DNA from: Leucoraja erinacea
Lineage: Eukaryota
Assembly: GCF_028641065.1 (NCBI RefSeq)
Contig: NC_073404.1
Coordinates: 31,434,001-31,498,000, forward strand
Direction: 5' to 3'
Length of the DNA stretch: 64,000 nt
The translations under genes and the position numbers were made by a program. The notes beneath the pieces were generated by a model. It was not told the origin of the DNA. It made no database searches and worked only from the letters and a program-made list of their open reading frames with translations. Below, in pieces: positions 1-10,930 of the stretch (the first letter of the stretch is position 1; every line of letters starts with the position of its first letter).

Positions 1-1855
1 TAGCCCCATGCTGCTGGGGATAACTAGCCCCATAGCCCCATGCTGCTGGGGATAACTAGCCCCATAGCCCCATGCTGCTGGGGATAACTAGCCCCATAGC
101 CCCATGCTGCTGGGGATAACTGGCCCCATAGCCCCATGCTGCTGGGGATAACTCGCCCCATAGCCCCATGTTGCTGGGGATAACTCGCCCCATAGCCCCA
201 TGCTGCTGGGGATAACTAGCCCCATAGCCCCATGTTGCTGGGGATAACTAGCCCCATAGCCCCCATGTTGCTGGGGATAACTGCCCCATAGCCCCATGCT
301 GCTGGGGATAACTAGCCCCATAGCCCCATGTGCTGGGATAACCCCCCATGCTGCTGGGGGATAACTGGCCCCATAGCCCCATGCTGCTGGGGATAACTAG
401 CCCCATAGCCCCATAGCCCCATGGTGCAGGGGATAACTGGCCCCATAGCCCCATGCTGCTGGGGATAACTAGCCCCATAGCCCCATGCTGCTGGGGATAA
501 CTAGCCCCATAGCCCCATGCTGCTGGGGATAACTGGCCCCATAGCCCCATGCTGCTGGGGATAACTGGCCCCATAGCCCCATGCTGCTGGGGATAACTGG
601 CCCCATAGCCCCATGCTGCTGGGGATAACTAGCCCCATAGCCCCATGCTGCTGGGGATAACTGGCCCCATAGCCCCATGTTGCTGGGGATAACTGGCCCC
701 ATAGCCCCATGTTGCTGGGGATAACTAGCCCCATAGCCCCATGCTGCTGCTGTAGGATAACTAGCCCCATAGCCCCATGCTGCTGGGGATAACTGGCCCC
801 ATAGCCCCATGCTGCTGGGGATAACTAGCCCCATAGCCCCATGCTGCTGGGGATAACTGGCCCCATAGCCCCATGCTGCTGGGGATAACTAGCCCCATAG
901 CCCCATGCTGCTGGGGATAACTAGCCCCATAGCCCCATGCTGCTGGGGATAACTAGCCCCATAGCCCCATGTTGCTGGGGATAACTAGCCCCATAGCCCC
1001 ATGCTGCTGCTGGGGATAACTAGCCCCATAGCCCCATGCTGCTGGGGATAACTAGCCCCATAGCCCCATGCTGCTGGGGATAACTAGCCCCATAGCCCCA
1101 TGCTGCTGGGGATAACTAGCCCCATAGCCCCATGCTGCTGGGGATAACTAGCCCCATAGCCCCATGCTGCTGGGGATAACTAGCCCCATAGCCCCATGCT
1201 GCTGGGGATAACTAGCCCCATAGCCCCATGCTGCTGGGGATAACTAGCCCCATAGCCCCATGCTGCTGGGGATAACTAGCCCCATAGCCCCATGCTGCTG
1301 GGGATAACTGGCCCCATAGCCCCTGCTGGGGATAACTGGCCCCATAGCCCCATGCTGCTGGGGATAACTGGCCCCATAGCCCCATGCTGCTGGGGATAAC
1401 TAGCCCCATAGCCCCATGCTGCTGGGGATAACTAGCCCCATAGCCCCATGCTGCTGGGGATAACTGGCCCCATAGCCCCATGCTGCTGGGGATAACTGGC
1501 CCCATAGCCCCATGCTGCTGGGGATAACTAGCCCCATAGCCCCATGCTGCTGGGGATAACTAGCCCCATAGCCCCATGCTGCTGGGGATAACTAGCCCCA
1601 TAGCCCCATGCTGCTGGGGATAACTGGCCCCATAGCCCCATGCTGCTGGGGATAACTGGCCCCATAGCCCCATGCTGCTGGGGATAACTGGCCCCATAGC
1701 CCCATGCTGCTGGGGATAACTGGCCCCATAGCCCCATGCTGCTGGGGATAACTGGCCCCATAGCCCCATGCTGCTGGGGATAACTGGCCCCATAGCCCCA
1801 TGCTGCTGGGGATAACTGGCCCCATAGATGCTGCTGGGGATAACTGGCCCCATAG
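1..1855. repeat. 32-bp minisatellite (unit TAGCCCCATGCTGCTGGGGATAACT[A/G]GCCCCA), roughly 55-58 units, runs off the window start
   Basis: Direct tandem periodicity of 32 nt with few variants (A/G after ATAACT, GCTGCTG/GTTGCTG, rare indels). It accounts for all repetitive ORFs at 88-1964. Confidence 0.98.
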
Positions 1856-1879
1856 AAATGATCTTTCCAAATAAATTAT

Positions 1880-2010
1880 CAGTCTGAAGAAGGATCCCGA
1901 TTTGAAATGTCATCTGTCCGATCCTTCTGTAGATGCTGCCTGACCCGCTGAGTTCCTCCAACACTTTGTGTTTCCCTCAAGATTCCAGCGTCTTTGTTCC
2001 TTTGCCTCTA
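1880..2010 (+). mobile_element. Penelope-terminus-derived short repeat (diverged hammerhead-like head)
   Basis: AGTCTGAAGAAGGATCCCGATTTGAAATGTC...GATGCTGCCTGACCCGCTGAGTTCCTCCA matches the repeat that follows the GIY-YIG ORF at 33157 and 49020. Confidence 0.75.
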
Positions 2011-2094
2011 GAAAATATTTTAATCTGAATATGCCGGCATTTTTAAGGAAGATAATTGTTTAAAAATATCAATGTTGCCGTTAGACAATATGTT

Positions 2095-2700
2095 GGCGAT
2101 GTCTCTTTTCGAGTATTGCGTTCAGTTCTGGGCACAATATTGAAGGAAAGATGTTGACAAGCTTGAACGGGCGCAGACAAGATTTACGAGGATGTTGCCA
2201 GGACTCAAGGCCATTGAGGCAGGTACATGGATCGGACAGGTTTAGAGGGATATGGGCCAAAAACAGGCAGGCAGGTGGGACTGGTGTACATGGGGCATCA
2301 CTCTCCCAACCAAGTCATAGCATGAGTTTCATTGTCCTGCTGAGTTCCATTGTCTGTATAACTCGTTATCACTCACCCTACAGCCTTTGTACCTTCCATA
2401 TCTCTCCATTCCCTTTCCCCTCACGCTCAGTCTGAATGGTCTCAACCAGAAATGTCACGGATTCATTTTCTCCAGAGATGCTGCCTAAAAGGGCGGTGAA
2501 TCTGTGGAATCATTGTCACAGACGGCTGTGCAGGCCAAGTCAGTGGATATTTTTAAGGCAGAGATAGATAGTGTGGGTGTCAGGGGTTATGGGGAGAAGG
2601 CAGGAGAATGGGGTTAGGAGGGAGAGATAGATCAGCCATGATTGAATGGCGGAGTACACTTGATGGGCCGAATGGCCTAATTCTGCTCCTGGACCTTATG
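2095..2700 (+). mobile_element. CR1-type LINE 3' fragments interleaved with short repeats
   Basis: GAGTATTGCGTTCAGTTCTGGGC and ...GGGCCGAATGGCCTAATTCTGCTCCT match the 3' part of the long CR1 at 44897-47932. Confidence 0.7.
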
Positions 2701-3429
2701 ACCGGTTGAGTTACTCCAGCTTTCTGTGTCTATTTTAGATGAGACAGTGTGGGCAAGTTGGGCCGAAGGGCCTGTTTCCTGACTCCATGGCAGATTATGA
2801 CTGTCTCAAGTACTCTAGTCTCATTATACCTGAGCCAACTAAACACACGAGAGCATCTTTATCTAATGGGGAATGGGATTCTACAAATGTTAAAGAAACA
2901 AACAGGTGGCAAAACTGATGTATAAAAGGTGCGGACTATTGGCGACATATTTGCATGTGAAAGAATCCCTGTAATCTGTTTACTGCCCACTCACACCCAG
3001 CACTTCAACATGGAATTCACAGGCAGTTAAATAATCAGCGCCATCATTCAGTGGAGAAAGGTATGTGGCGTGCAGCGCTGCTGAATTGACGCAGAGTTCA
3101 CTGGCGTTGTGTGGAAGGACAACGCTGGGACACGAGAACAACATGACTAAGATGCATACCTGCAAGCGGGGAATCTAATGCCAACACTTACCTGAAGCTA
3201 AGTACTAATGCACTTTACATTTATATTGTGCCTTTAACATCGCAGGATATATCGTAGCTCTTCACAGAAGTGTGAACTAATAAAACAAATATTTACAAGG
3301 AGGTGTTAATGCCTTTGGCTAAAAGCTTTGGTTAAAAATACTGAGTTGAATGATTTGGCTTCAAAGAGCCCATGTTTGAAGACATCTTGTTCTGAGAATA
3401 CTGGGCTGCGGGCAAGACTGTTTCTGGAA

Positions 3430-3980
3430 TGTGGAGGAAGGAACTGTAGATGCTGGTTTACACCGACAATAGACACAATATGCTGGAGTAACTCAGTGGG
3501 TCAGGCAGCATCTGTGGAGAACATGGATAGGTGACGTTTCACAGAGTGCTGGAGTAACTCAGCGGGTCAGGCAGCATCTGTGGGGAACATGGATTTACGT
3601 TTCGGGTCGACACCCATCTTTAGATTGAGAGTCGGGGGAAGGGAAACGAGAGATATAGACGGTGATGTGGAGAGATTTGGAACAAATGAATGAAAGATAT
3701 GAAAAACAGTAACAATGATAAGGGAAACGGGCCACTGTTAGCTGTGGTCGAGGTGAGAACTAGTTACAGACAATGAGACACAATAAGACGACTTTGAAGC
3801 TGGTAGGAGATGGATGGAGAGAGAGTGAATGCCGGGGTAATTTGAAGTTAGAGGTATCAATGTTCATGCCACTGGGGTGCAAGCTGCCCAAGCGAAATAT
3901 GAGGTGCTGTTCCTCCAATTTGCGTTTAGCCTCACTCTGACAATTCGGGAGACCATGGACAGAAAGGTCAGTGTGGGAAT
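3430..3980 (-). mobile_element. Penelope-like element 3' end (GIY-YIG C-terminus plus terminal repeat with one duplicated 66-bp unit)
   Basis: The reverse complement of 3840-3975 matches the ...KLEEQHLIFRLGSLHPSGMNID segment seen at 14860-14945 and 33680-33760. Confidence 0.8.
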
Positions 3981-4222
3981 TAGTTTAGTTTAGAGATACA
4001 GCATGGAAACATGCCCGTTGACACGACCAGCGACCCCCGCACACTAACACTATCCTACACACACTAAGGGCAATCTACATTTACACCAAAGCCAATTAAC
4101 CCACAAATCTGCACGTCTTTGGAGTGTGGGAGGAAACCGAAGATCTTGGAGAAAACCCACGCATGTCACGGGGAGAACGTGCAAACTCCGTACAGACAGC
4201 ACCCGTAGCCGGGATGGAACCC
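3980..4222 (-). mobile_element. tRNA-derived V-SINE (HE1-like), 5'-truncated
   Basis: Reverse complement of the SINE body at 10445-10930 with a (TAAAC)n tail. Confidence 0.8.
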
Positions 4223-4679
4223 GTGCAGGTGGAGAGATACGTGTGGAGATCCCGCGGTTAATAACTCTCGGTAACAAGCTAGCTACTGTCATTATACATA
4301 AGGGTTACCAACCAATTACATTGGCAACTGTGAGTGCTTTATTTTAATTTATTCTTGTAATATCATTGCTGAGGTGACCCGTTGTCTTGTCAAAAACATT
4401 TCATTGAACCGTTCACCCTGTGTTAACCTACACATGACAAATACAACGGAACTGGACTGAGTGGGAGAAACAGTTCATGTGTTGTATGGCAAGTCAGTGA
4501 GGCCTCCCGCCCGGGGCAACTGCCTGCTAATGTGACATGTCCATGGATAGTGGAGCACACATGGGGCTTTTTATAGTTTAAGTTTGTTAGTTTGTTCAGT
4601 TTATTGTCATGTGTATCGTGAACTGCTTTTGTTGCCTGCTATCCAGTCCATGGAAATACAACACAATCAGGTATTCCAA

Positions 4680-4830
4680 GGAAAACCTCTAAGAGCAGAG
4701 GCATTGTTGTGTATTCTTCACGCTTGCGTCAGTCCCGTGCGGACCGCGACAGATCTTCAGAGAGACGCTCGCCAGGAGCAGGAAGTCGTTGACTCTCTCC
4801 ACCATCGTCCCGTCATTATTCATCTCTCGT
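4680..4830 (-). mobile_element. Degenerate Rex1/Babar-type LINE RT-thumb fragment
   Basis: The minus strand reads approximately VERVNDF.LL..S.(E)DLS...TDASVKNTQQ, resembling the VERV..FKFLGV.ISEDLSW..HT..VKKAQQRL thumb motif. Confidence 0.5.
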
Positions 4831-5210
4831 CTCCCTTATCCCTAACCAGTTTGATGAAGAGTCTCGACCTGAAACGTCACCCATTCCTTCTCTCCAGAGA
4901 TGCTGCCTGTCCTGTCCAGCTGAGTTACTCCAGCTTTTTGTGTCTATTTTCAGTTTAAACCAGCGTCTGCTGTTCATTCCTACACATGACGGCAGCTTTG
5001 TCGATCATCTGCCTTCCAGATGATGCACAAATCAAGGGATATGGGGAGAAAGCAGGATTGGGGGGGGATACTGATTTTAGATGATCAGCCATGATCATAT
5101 TGAATGGTGGTGCTGGCTCCAAGGACTGAGTGGCTTACTCCTGCACCTATCTTCAATGTTTATATGTTTCTCAACCACCCACACACACGGGCACGCACAC
5201 ACACGGGCAG

Positions 5211-5610
5211 NNNNNNNNNNNNNNNNNNNNNNNNNNNNNNNNNNNNNNNNNNNNNNNNNNNNNNNNNNNNNNNNNNNNNNNNNNNNNNNNNNNNNNNNNN
5301 NNNNNNNNNNNNNNNNNNNNNNNNNNNNNNNNNNNNNNNNNNACACACACACGGACANNNNNNNNNNNNNNNNNNNNNNNNNNNNNNNNNNNNNNNNNNN
5401 NNNNNNNNNNNNNNNNNNNNNNNNNNNNNNNNNNNNNNNNNNNNNNNNNNNNNNNNNNNNNNNNNNNNNNNNNNNNNNNNNNNNNNNNNNNNNNNNNNNN
5501 NNNNNNNNNNNNNNNNNNNNNNNNNNNNNNNNNNNNNNNNNNNNNNNNNNNNNNNNNNNNNNNNNNNNNNNNNNNNNNNNNNNNNNNNNNNNNNNNNNNN
5601 NNNNNNNNNN
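5211..5610. other. Assembly gaps/masked runs (5211-5342, 5358-5610) next to CA-rich simple repeat
   Basis: N runs flanked by ACACAC sequence. Confidence 0.97.
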
Positions 5611-7463
5611 CCCTGGTTCACAAGGCACAATTAGTGATCTATTTGTTGCCCGTTCACCGTGAGTTAATTGCCACCTTGTCCCACTTGCCCTACAATTGGC
5701 ACTGACGGAACAGCGAATGAGTGAACTCGGTGTGGCAGTGAGCACCAGGGAGATGAGACGCCCAGACATCCTGTCAACGTCATTCAGCATAGTTTACTTA
5801 GAGTCACTGAGTTGTACATCACAGACACTGGCCCTTTGGCCCACCCTGTCTATGCCCACCAAGTTGGCTTACAGGGCTGGACACAGAATGCTGGAGTAAC
5901 TCAATGGGTCAAGCAGTATCTCTGGAGAAAATAAATAGTTGATATTTCGGTTCAAGACCCTTCTTCAGGCTGGGCTATAGACTGGGCCCATATACTGGAC
6001 TAGCCCCTGCAATTGGTCCAGATCCCTCTAACCTTCCTGTCCATATACCTGCCCAAATTAAAGTCATAATTGTATGGGCTTCTGCAGCTTGCTCTGGCAG
6101 CTGGTTCCAGATACAGACTACCCTCCGAGTGAAGATGTTGCCCCTGTGGTCCCACTTAAATCTCCCCGCTCCTCCCATTATCCAATGCAATGTCCCAGAG
6201 GAGATCAGCAAGTATCCAGCAGTGAATGCCGGGTATATTAATGTCCCTCCTGTCTGTATCATTTATCATCACAGAGTGAGAGAGGGTTGAGTTTGTAGAT
6301 ACAAAAAGCTGGAGTTACTCAGCGGGACAGGCAGCCACTCTGTAGAGAAGGAGTGGGTGACGTTTCAGGTCCATCTTCAGAACCCGTCTGCAGAAGGGTC
6401 TCGACCCAAAACGTCACCCATTCCTTCTCTCCAGAGGCTGCCTGTCCCGCTGAGTAACTCCAGCTTTTTGCGTCTATCTTCAGTTTATACCGGCATCTGC
6501 AGTTCCTTCTTACACAGAGGGCTCAGTGTAGTTTATTTTCGAGATACAGCGCGGAAACAAGCTCATCGGCTCACCGTGTCCGCACCAACCAGCGATACTC
6601 ACACATTAACTATCCTACACACACACACTAGATACTATTTACATTTACACCAAGACTATTAACCTACAAATCCGTACGTCTTTGGAGTGTGGGAGGAAAC
6701 CGGAGCTCCCGGAGAGAATGACACCGGCAGTCGCCAAGTGGGACAGCCCTTTAGAGTTTCACATCCGCGCTTCTTCTCTGCAAGGATTGGGAACTTTAAG
6801 AAAGGTTTTACGTTGCACAGAGAGGGAAATGTGGGGATCGAGAAGAATGGAAAATTTAGTTTAGTTTAGTTAAGAGATACTGCGTGTAAACAGGCCCTTC
6901 GACCCATCGGATCCAGGCTGACCAACGATCCCCTCACATTAACACTATCCTACACACTCTCTAGGGACTATGTTTATATTGATACCAAACTAATGTACCT
7001 ACAACGTTGTGGGATAGTACTCGTGTACGGGGCGATCGCTGGTCAACACCGACCTCAATGGGCCGAAGGGCCTGTTTCCACACCGTATCTCTAAAGCCGA
7101 AAGATTACATTCCTCGCTGTAGAAAGGGATATGGAGAGGATGTCTGTCTGCTTGTCGGGTGTGTAGAGAAACATTGTGGAAAAGCGCGGGGGCGGGGAGA
7201 GAGCAAGAATTACTCACAGAAATGGAGCTATAACGGACTGAAATAGCACCAGGCTGTATGTTTTCATTCCAAAGTTCTGTTTTCCTTTGGGGTTTGGACG
7301 TTATTTGTGAACGGGCGCTTTGATTGCAGCTTGAGTAACTTCCTGAACAGGGCGTGTACAGCGGGCTCAGCAAACAGTGACAAACCAGCAGCTCTCTCTC
7401 TCTGCCCACTGTTAGATTCACGGTCAGGCTGTACCATCCATTTGTTTACATCAATACCAAAAT

Positions 7464-7925
7464 CATAGAGTGATACAGTGTGGAAACAGGCCCTTCAGCC
7501 CAACCTGCTCATACTAGCAAACATGCCCACACCGGCCAACATGCCCCATCTACACTAGTCATAGAGTGATACAGTGTGGAAACAGGCCCTTCAGCCCAAC
7601 CTGCTCGTGGCCAACTAGCCAACATGCCCACACCGGCCAACATGCCCCATCTACACTAGTCATAGAGTGATACAGTGTGGAAACAGGCCCTTCAGCCCAA
7701 CCTGCTCGTACTAGCCAACATGCCCCATCTACACTAGTCATAGAGTGATACAGTGTGGAAACAGGCCCTTCAGTCCAACCTTCCCATACTAGCCAACATG
7801 CCCACACCGGCCAACATGCCCCATCTACACTAGTCGTAGAGTGATACAATGTGGAAACAGGCCCTTCAGCCCATACTAGCCAACTTGCCCACACCGGCCA
7901 ACATGCCCCATCTACACTAGTCCCA
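7464..7925 (-). repeat. Five tandem copies (78-101 bp) of a CR1 3' tail
   Basis: Units start at C[A/G]TAGAGTGATACA at 7464, 7560, 7661, 7739 and 7835. The array is contiguous with a minus-strand CR1 3' region at 7921-8140. Confidence 0.85.
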
Positions 7926-8179
7926 CCTGCTCGCGTTTGGCCCCTTTCGCTCTAAACCTGCCCAATGCATTGTATCTGTTCAAGTGTTTCTTAAACGCTG
8001 CCTCAATTCCCTCCTCTGGCAGCTCGTTCCATACACCCACCACCCTTTGTGTGAAAAAGTTGCTCATGAGGCTCCACTTAAATCTTTTCCCCTCTTACCT
8101 TAAGCCCGTGTTCTCTAGCTTTAGAATCCTCTACCCTGAGAAAATTACTGAGCGTTCACTCTGTGATCTTGTACACGCA

Positions 8180-8722
8180 GGCGTGTGTCGGCACTGGGCC
8201 TGGACTTGTTGGAGTTTAGAAGAATGAGGGACCACATTGAAACATACAGAATAATGAAAGGCCTGTATAGATTGGATATGGCGAGGATGTTTCCACTGGT
8301 GGGAGAGTCTAGGACCAGAGGTAGCCAACTCAAAATTAAAGGAGTAGATAAGGGTTTCTACCGTCTGAAGAAGGGTTTTGGCCCGAAACGTCGCCTATTT
8401 CCTTCGCTCCATAGATTCTGCTGCACCCGCTCAGTTTCTCCAGCATTTTTGTGTACCTTCAAAATTAAAGGACGTTCTTTTAGAACGGAGGCAAGGTGGA
8501 ACTTCTTTAGTCAGAGGGAGTTAATCTTTGGAACTCATTGCCACAGAAGGCTGTGGAGGCCAAGTCAGCCGAGGCCAGGCAGAGATAGATAGATTCTTGA
8601 TCAGTACGGGTGTCAAGGGTTTTGGGGTGAAAGCAGGAAAATGGGGTTAGTCAGCCCTGATTGAAGGGCGGGATGGACTCAATGGGCTGAATGTCCGAAT
8701 TCTACTCCTTTAACTTGTGAAC
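8180..8722 (+). mobile_element. CR1 3' fragment carrying a nested hammerhead-like short repeat (8344-8458)
   Basis: The ORF reads ALGLDLLEFRRMRDHIETYRIMKGLYRLDMARMFPLVGESRTRG (CR1 ORF2 C-terminus). The insert is flanked by a TCAAAATTAAAGGA duplication. Confidence 0.85.
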
Positions 8723-9727
8723 TCAAAATATTAGCGGCTCTGATCTAAGATTTGACAAGAGGCCTCCACATTTATACCACATGCAAACTGAAGGAACAGC
8801 ACCACATATCCCGCTTGGGTAGCTTACAACCCAACTGCATCCCCTCTCCCTCCATCCCTTCCCAACCCTAGTCGTTCTACTAGTTATCACCTTCTCCACA
8901 ACCAACAACGGACCATTGTGAGCTCCACTTTTCCTTGATCATCGTTCCTGGCTTCGATTTGTCCTTTTCATACCATTCATTCATTTGTTCTTTGTACCTC
9001 GAAGGGCCGAATGGCCTACTCCTGCACCTATTTTCCATGTTTCTATGTGTAGGAAGGAACTGCAGATGTTGGTTTAAAGCCAAGGTAGACACTAAATGCT
9101 GGAGTAACTCAGCGGGACAGGCAGCATCTCTGTTTCTATGTTAAACCAGCACTTCTTAAACTGGTGAATGGTTCATCCTGGGGCCAATGAAATTATTTGT
9201 GGGTGAATGAAGGGTGAATTACTTAATTTATTCATATATTTATCCGAGAAAAAACCTGCAGTAATCAAAGCCGGAAAGTGTAGGATGGGGCTGAAGCCCA
9301 GTGGTTACACATTGCAATGGGTTTTATCATTCTAATAGAATGATTTTCCAACTCCAGAGGTAATTAAACTAATTTGTTTTTCACTCCTAGTTCATTCCAT
9401 TTTTAGGATGTTCAAAAAAGTTGAATAATAAACTTTTAGTTCATTTATGTTTTTTTTGCTCAAGTGACAAAATAAAATGATATATAAAATTCTACACAAG
9501 GGAGAATTAGACGGAAATGACCAAAAACAGAAGAACATTTGTCGAGGGTGACCGACACTGAAATAGTTGCCCAGCGTTGAACCAAACGTTCTGCAATGCT
9601 ACCACCTGCTGGCGTAACGATGAATCGCACCACAGATGTCAGGAGGCTAAAGTCAAGAGTATTGTGTTGTTACACGTCCGACAGAACAATGAACTTGTTA
9701 CTCGCAGCAGCACAAGACAATGGATAA

Positions 9728-9954
9728 AGGGCCTGTCCCACTTGACCATCTTGTCCGGTTATTGCCGGCGTCATTGACTGACGGACCAGGGTCGCCGAAA
9801 GATTTTGTATATCTCAAAATCCAGAGGTGACAAAAAAACGTTGCGACATTTGAGGAGACAGCGTGCGCCAATACGACGTCACGCCGCGCCGCCTGATACG
9901 TCAGTCAATGACGTCGTCAGTCGACGAAAATAATCGCCAAGTGGGACAGGCCCT
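9728..9954. mobile_element. PIF/Harbinger-type MITE (227 bp)
   Basis: TIRs AGGGCCTGTCCCACTT / AAGTGGGACAGGCCCT with a TAA duplication at 9725-9727 and 9955-9957. A TWA TSD is diagnostic of PIF/Harbinger. There is an extra internal inverted repeat CGTCATTGACTGACG / CGTCAGTCAATGACG. Confidence 0.85.
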
Positions 9955-10444
9955 TAAGGAACGGGGAACTGATTGTGGATGATCAGCCATGATCACATTG
10001 AATGGCGATTCTGGCTCGACGGGCCGAATGGCCTACTCCTGCACCTATTGTCTATAAGATGTAGGCACGAGGAACGACAGATGATGATTTACAAAAGACA
10101 CAAATTGCTGGAACTCAGCGGGTCAGGCAGCATCTGCAGAGAGAATGGACAGGTGACGTTTCGGGTCGGGACCCTTCTTCAGGTTGATGGAGTCGGGGGG
10201 GAGAAAGCTGGGAAAGAGGTGGGGCAAAAACTGGCCAGTGATAGGTGGATACAGGTGAGGGGTTGATTGGCAGGTGAGTGGAGTAGGTGACAAAGGCTCG
10301 AGGTGAAAAGGAGGTCAGATAAGGAGGTCAGATAAGGAGAGAAGTGTAATGTGAAGCTGGAGGAGGGAGGGATGGGGACGGGTAAACCGGGGGGGGGGGA
10401 GATAGGACACATGGGACTTGGTGATGGGAGATGAGTGTACAGAG

Positions 10445-10930
10445 GAGCGGCACGGTGGCGCAGCAGTAGAGTTGCTGCCTCACAGCGCCAGAGACCCGGG
10501 TTCAATCCTGACTACGGGTGCTGTCTGTACGGAGTTTGCACGTTCTCCCCATGATCTGCATGGGTTTTCTCCGGGTGCTCCGGTTTCCTCCCACACTCCA
10601 AAGACGTACAGGTACGTAGGCTAATGGGCTTTGGTAAAATTTGCAATTTGTCCCTAGTGTGTAGGATAGTGTTAAGGGCCTGTCCCACTTTCACAACCTA
10701 ATTCACCACCTTTTTTACTCGTGGACATTTTTCATCAGGCTAGAAAAACGCCCCGACCTACGATGGCACGAGTACCAACGACCCCGTGACGACCTGCCTA
10801 CGACCCCATGACGACCATGCTGCGAATACGAGTCGAGGGCAAACTCGGCAGAGGTGGTGAATTAGGTCGTGATAGTTGGACAGGCCCTTTAGTGTGCGGG
10901 GTGATCGCTGGTCGGCGCGGACTCGGTGGA
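10445..10930 (+). mobile_element. tRNA-derived V-SINE (HE1-like), interrupted by a MITE
   Basis: A-box-like TGGCGCAGCAGTAG, B-box GGTTCAATCC (~10499-10508) and V-domain-like TCCGGTTTCCTCCCACACTCCAAAGAC. Confidence 0.88.
10675..10888. mobile_element. PIF/Harbinger-type MITE (214 bp) nested in the V-SINE
   Basis: ~36-bp imperfect TIRs starting AGGGCCTGTCCCACTT with a TTA duplication (10672-10674, 10889-10891). Removing it restores the SINE sequence GTGTTAGTGTGCGG. Confidence 0.9.

Noticed and set aside
1-1855. CRISPR array or repetitive protein gene (GYGASYPQQHG ORFs)
   Set aside because: There are no unique spacers and the context is eukaryotic. The 32-bp unit is not a multiple of 3, and the ORFs open or close only with the TAG/TGG unit variant.
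5081-5790. Long ORFs spanning N runs (also 54170-54547 and 60551-61138)
   Set aside because: They are artefacts of gap characters.
10445-10520. tRNA gene
   Set aside because: The A/B boxes are the head of a multi-copy SINE, with no full cloverleaf or terminator.
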